Shown piece by piece: positions 61,703 through 64,000 of a stretch of DNA of 64,000 nt (within the stretch, counting starts at the first letter, position 1; each line of letters opens with the position of its first letter). A program made the position numbers and the translations under genes. Source of the DNA: Octopus bimaculoides (Eukaryota); the NCBI RefSeq assembly GCF_001194135.2, contig NC_068986.1:6825682-6889681 (forward strand), written 5' to 3'. The notes beneath the pieces are model-generated. The model saw only the letters and a program-made list of their open reading frames with translations, was not told the origin of the DNA and made no database searches.

Positions 61703-61859
61703 AAGCTTCCCACATTTTATATACATCACTATTAGACGATGGATCAATGGCTTGCCCATTTGGCATCTTTCCAGTTAGTAAACCAGATAATAAATATGGT
61801 TGTACCAAATAGTGTGGAAGGGTCAAAATTATTCCCATGGAATCATTAACAGAAATAAT
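61703..61859 (-). CDS. Exon 1 in window: C-terminal part of VWD-like domain (IISVNDSMGIILTLPHYLVQPYLLSGLLTGKMPNGQAIDPSSNSDVYKMWEA)
   Basis: Acceptor ttattttgtag, donor T|gtaagt; phase 0 to 1; GLL-G..PNG..I motif typical of the end of MUC4/SUSD2-type VWD domains. Confidence 0.8.
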
Positions 61860-64000
61860 CTACAAAATAATAATAAATAAATATCTGTGAACCAGTTACA
61901 AAATTAACATGAAATCATTCAGTGTTTCATTTTTTTTTTTTTTCTATCATGAAAAATAGATTTGATTTTTATTTTAATTTGGGTTAACATATTTATGTCA
62001 TATCTTGTCTGAATTTTGGATGATGTAACTTTTCATTGACTTTGGTTACCTGATTTACACTTTGAGAATATTTTGGCACCCGTGTTGGTGGAGCGCTAAC
62101 AGCACCATCCAAGATAGCAATCTGGTTCATTCAACAGTACTAAAATAAACACTGCATATGTAACACAATATAACACTTTTCTAAGTACTGAGTAACACTG
62201 AATCGTTCACAAACTGTGCAAATGCTGTCTCACAATCTAATATCTTTTCACAAAAGACCATATATCTTTGATATAGCCAAAACAACACCTCAATGGCCAG
62301 GCTTCTTCTTCCATGTTAGGTAGTATTACAGCCTTTTACAGTTGGTAACCCGATACAAAACTTATTTGCAACTGTACTTTAGATAACTGTTTGGATAGAA
62401 AGTTACTACTCAAGTAACTATTCTAGATCATAATTTAAAAAATCCCATTCAGTTGATTAACATGCATTTTCTTTTTATTTGCTAACAAACTGGAAATGAA
62501 TGACTATTCTGCATCAACAACTATCTCTAAGAGGATAGATAAAATCATACAAAAAAAAACAAAAAAACCCCAGCAAAATCATTTTGTAGATCAGTTGGAA
62601 ATCCTTCTGAAAGCCACTATATTTGCACACCTCTGTCATATATCAATCCGATATTGCTTTTGAATGGAAGCAAAGAATGCTGTTACTCTTGACATAAACA
62701 GAGTCTTCAAAAAGGACTGGAATGAAAATGTGAAAAAGCTATCTATCTTTGAATGCCACACAAAACTCAGCATGTGCTTGTATGATTTTTGTATACCCCA
62801 ACACAGCATGCATCTGCAAAGAATTCTTGACGGTTCAGAAAACACTTTGACTTATACACTTTTCTCTGTAACCACACACAATCTTTTGCTGACAATACCA
62901 TTTTATGCTCATATACATTCGATCTTCAGAAATACATTGTCTCTGTGGTTTTCCTCTTAGTCACGGAACAGAGATCTACAATCTGCATTTCAGTGAGGAT
63001 TTGATCAGCTTTCTTCAAAATGATCTAAACCAACACTCTACATAGTCCAAACAAAATATTAACATCTCTTAAACATGGCAATTCAAACAATTTTTAAAAA
63101 CCTCACATAAATACCCCTAACATTCAAAATGTTTCACAGAGGCTATATTTTCTTTTAATCTCTAAATAGGTGATGGTACTTTACAAACAAAAATTATTCC
63201 TGAACCAATGAGCTGGGGGAGCTTCTATTGGGTTACTCACTGTTACCCTAAAATTACACCCTACTGTTTTAAGAAAAGGATATACTAGATAATGTAGCCT
63301 TAGATACATTAACCCTGGGTAAAAAAATGACTAAATGGGCACCACATGAATACCCAGGCCAAAGGGCCAATGAATGAAGACTAACCTGAGACTAAACTAC
63401 AACAACAAATACTCTACAAACTAATTATGAGGTTCATATATCAAGAATTATTCCACTGCTGTTCACAGCTGGGAATAAAAAACCATTCTTATAATTTATA
63501 CTTAATGTCTACATTTTATATGGAAGAAAATGTCTTCTTTATCAATCTTATAAACAATGATTGATTTCTTTCTGCCTCTTTAATAATAACTGACAAATAG
63601 ACTTTAGCTCTTTAAAGTTGTATATACTAATTTTTCTTGCTTAACCTCACTGACCTCTTTCTCTCCTAATTATTGACATCTCTAAAATTCATCCCTACTC
63701 ATATTTTCTTTATATTACTGATTCAAGTTAACCAGTTTCAAATCATCTTGTCAACTGTTCTTTGTAAATATAAAAAACTTTCTACTTAATAATAAAATCT
63801 TCCCACTTCACAAAAAAATCTACTTTGTCTTAATTACCAATTAAATAAGTGACTTTAGTGCAATGATTTTACAAAAAAGTAATTGCATTTCTTTTAGTCC
63901 CACTTGTTTATTTACGAGATTTAGTAAACAGTATATAATATGGTATATCATTGTACTGTCAAATGAACTATTAGAGGACTTTCAGATCAATTTTTATAAT

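Larger units (their letters stand above)
17947..61859 (-). other. Partial multi-exon gene (5' end beyond window): mucin-4-like VWD / EGF / SEA-like type I membrane glycoprotein; 16 coding exons, 675 aa visible
   Basis: All 15 junctions join in matching phase with AG acceptors and GT donors (one GC), giving one open frame of 2028 nt with coherent domains: VWD end, NFPP Ig-like linker, 6 EGF-like modules, SEA-like, TM, tail. Architecture matches MUC4/SUSD2-like invertebrate mucin-like proteins (established knowledge); orthology not tested. Confidence 0.88.

Noticed and set aside
62581-62960. ORFs at 62636-62845 (-) and 62664-62960 (+) as a further upstream exon
   Set aside because: No phase-0 donor and no VWD-like translation; the next exon probably lies beyond the window.

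Overview
AT-rich, microsatellite- and transposon-dense animal genomic DNA with several N-gaps. The SINE, LINE and mariner content resembles an octopus/coleoid cephalopod (inference, not checked against a database). No rRNA, true tRNA gene or CRISPR array was seen. One host gene can be reconstructed by hand on the minus strand: 16 phase-compatible coding exons from 61859 to 17947 (2028 nt, 675 aa + stop), with the 5' part outside the window. It encodes a mucin-4-like single-pass membrane protein: end of a VWD domain, Ig/cadherin-like linker, 4 EGF, SEA-like domain with an RTKR furin site, 2 EGF, transmembrane helix and a short Tyr-containing tail. One intron is GC-AG. Most of the rest is decayed RTE, CR1 and R4/RLE LINEs, a Penelope-like GIY-YIG remnant, Tc1/mariner, pogo, piggyBac and hAT elements, a solo LTR and at least five SINE-like families. 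The most unusual structure is a 586-bp TSD-flanked insertion about 240 nt past the stop codon. It carries two 125-bp perfectly inverted arms, each containing a complete type I hammerhead ribozyme motif, so the putative 3' UTR would hold a self-cleaving ribozyme together with its own antisense copy. Other leads are an in-frame 84-nt cassette-exon candidate with a single UAG (possible A-to-I rescue or poison exon), a 271-bp-arm fold-back hAT MITE and a pre-miRNA-like hairpin. All gene, ribozyme and element calls are from manual reading; none was verified by search or expression data.
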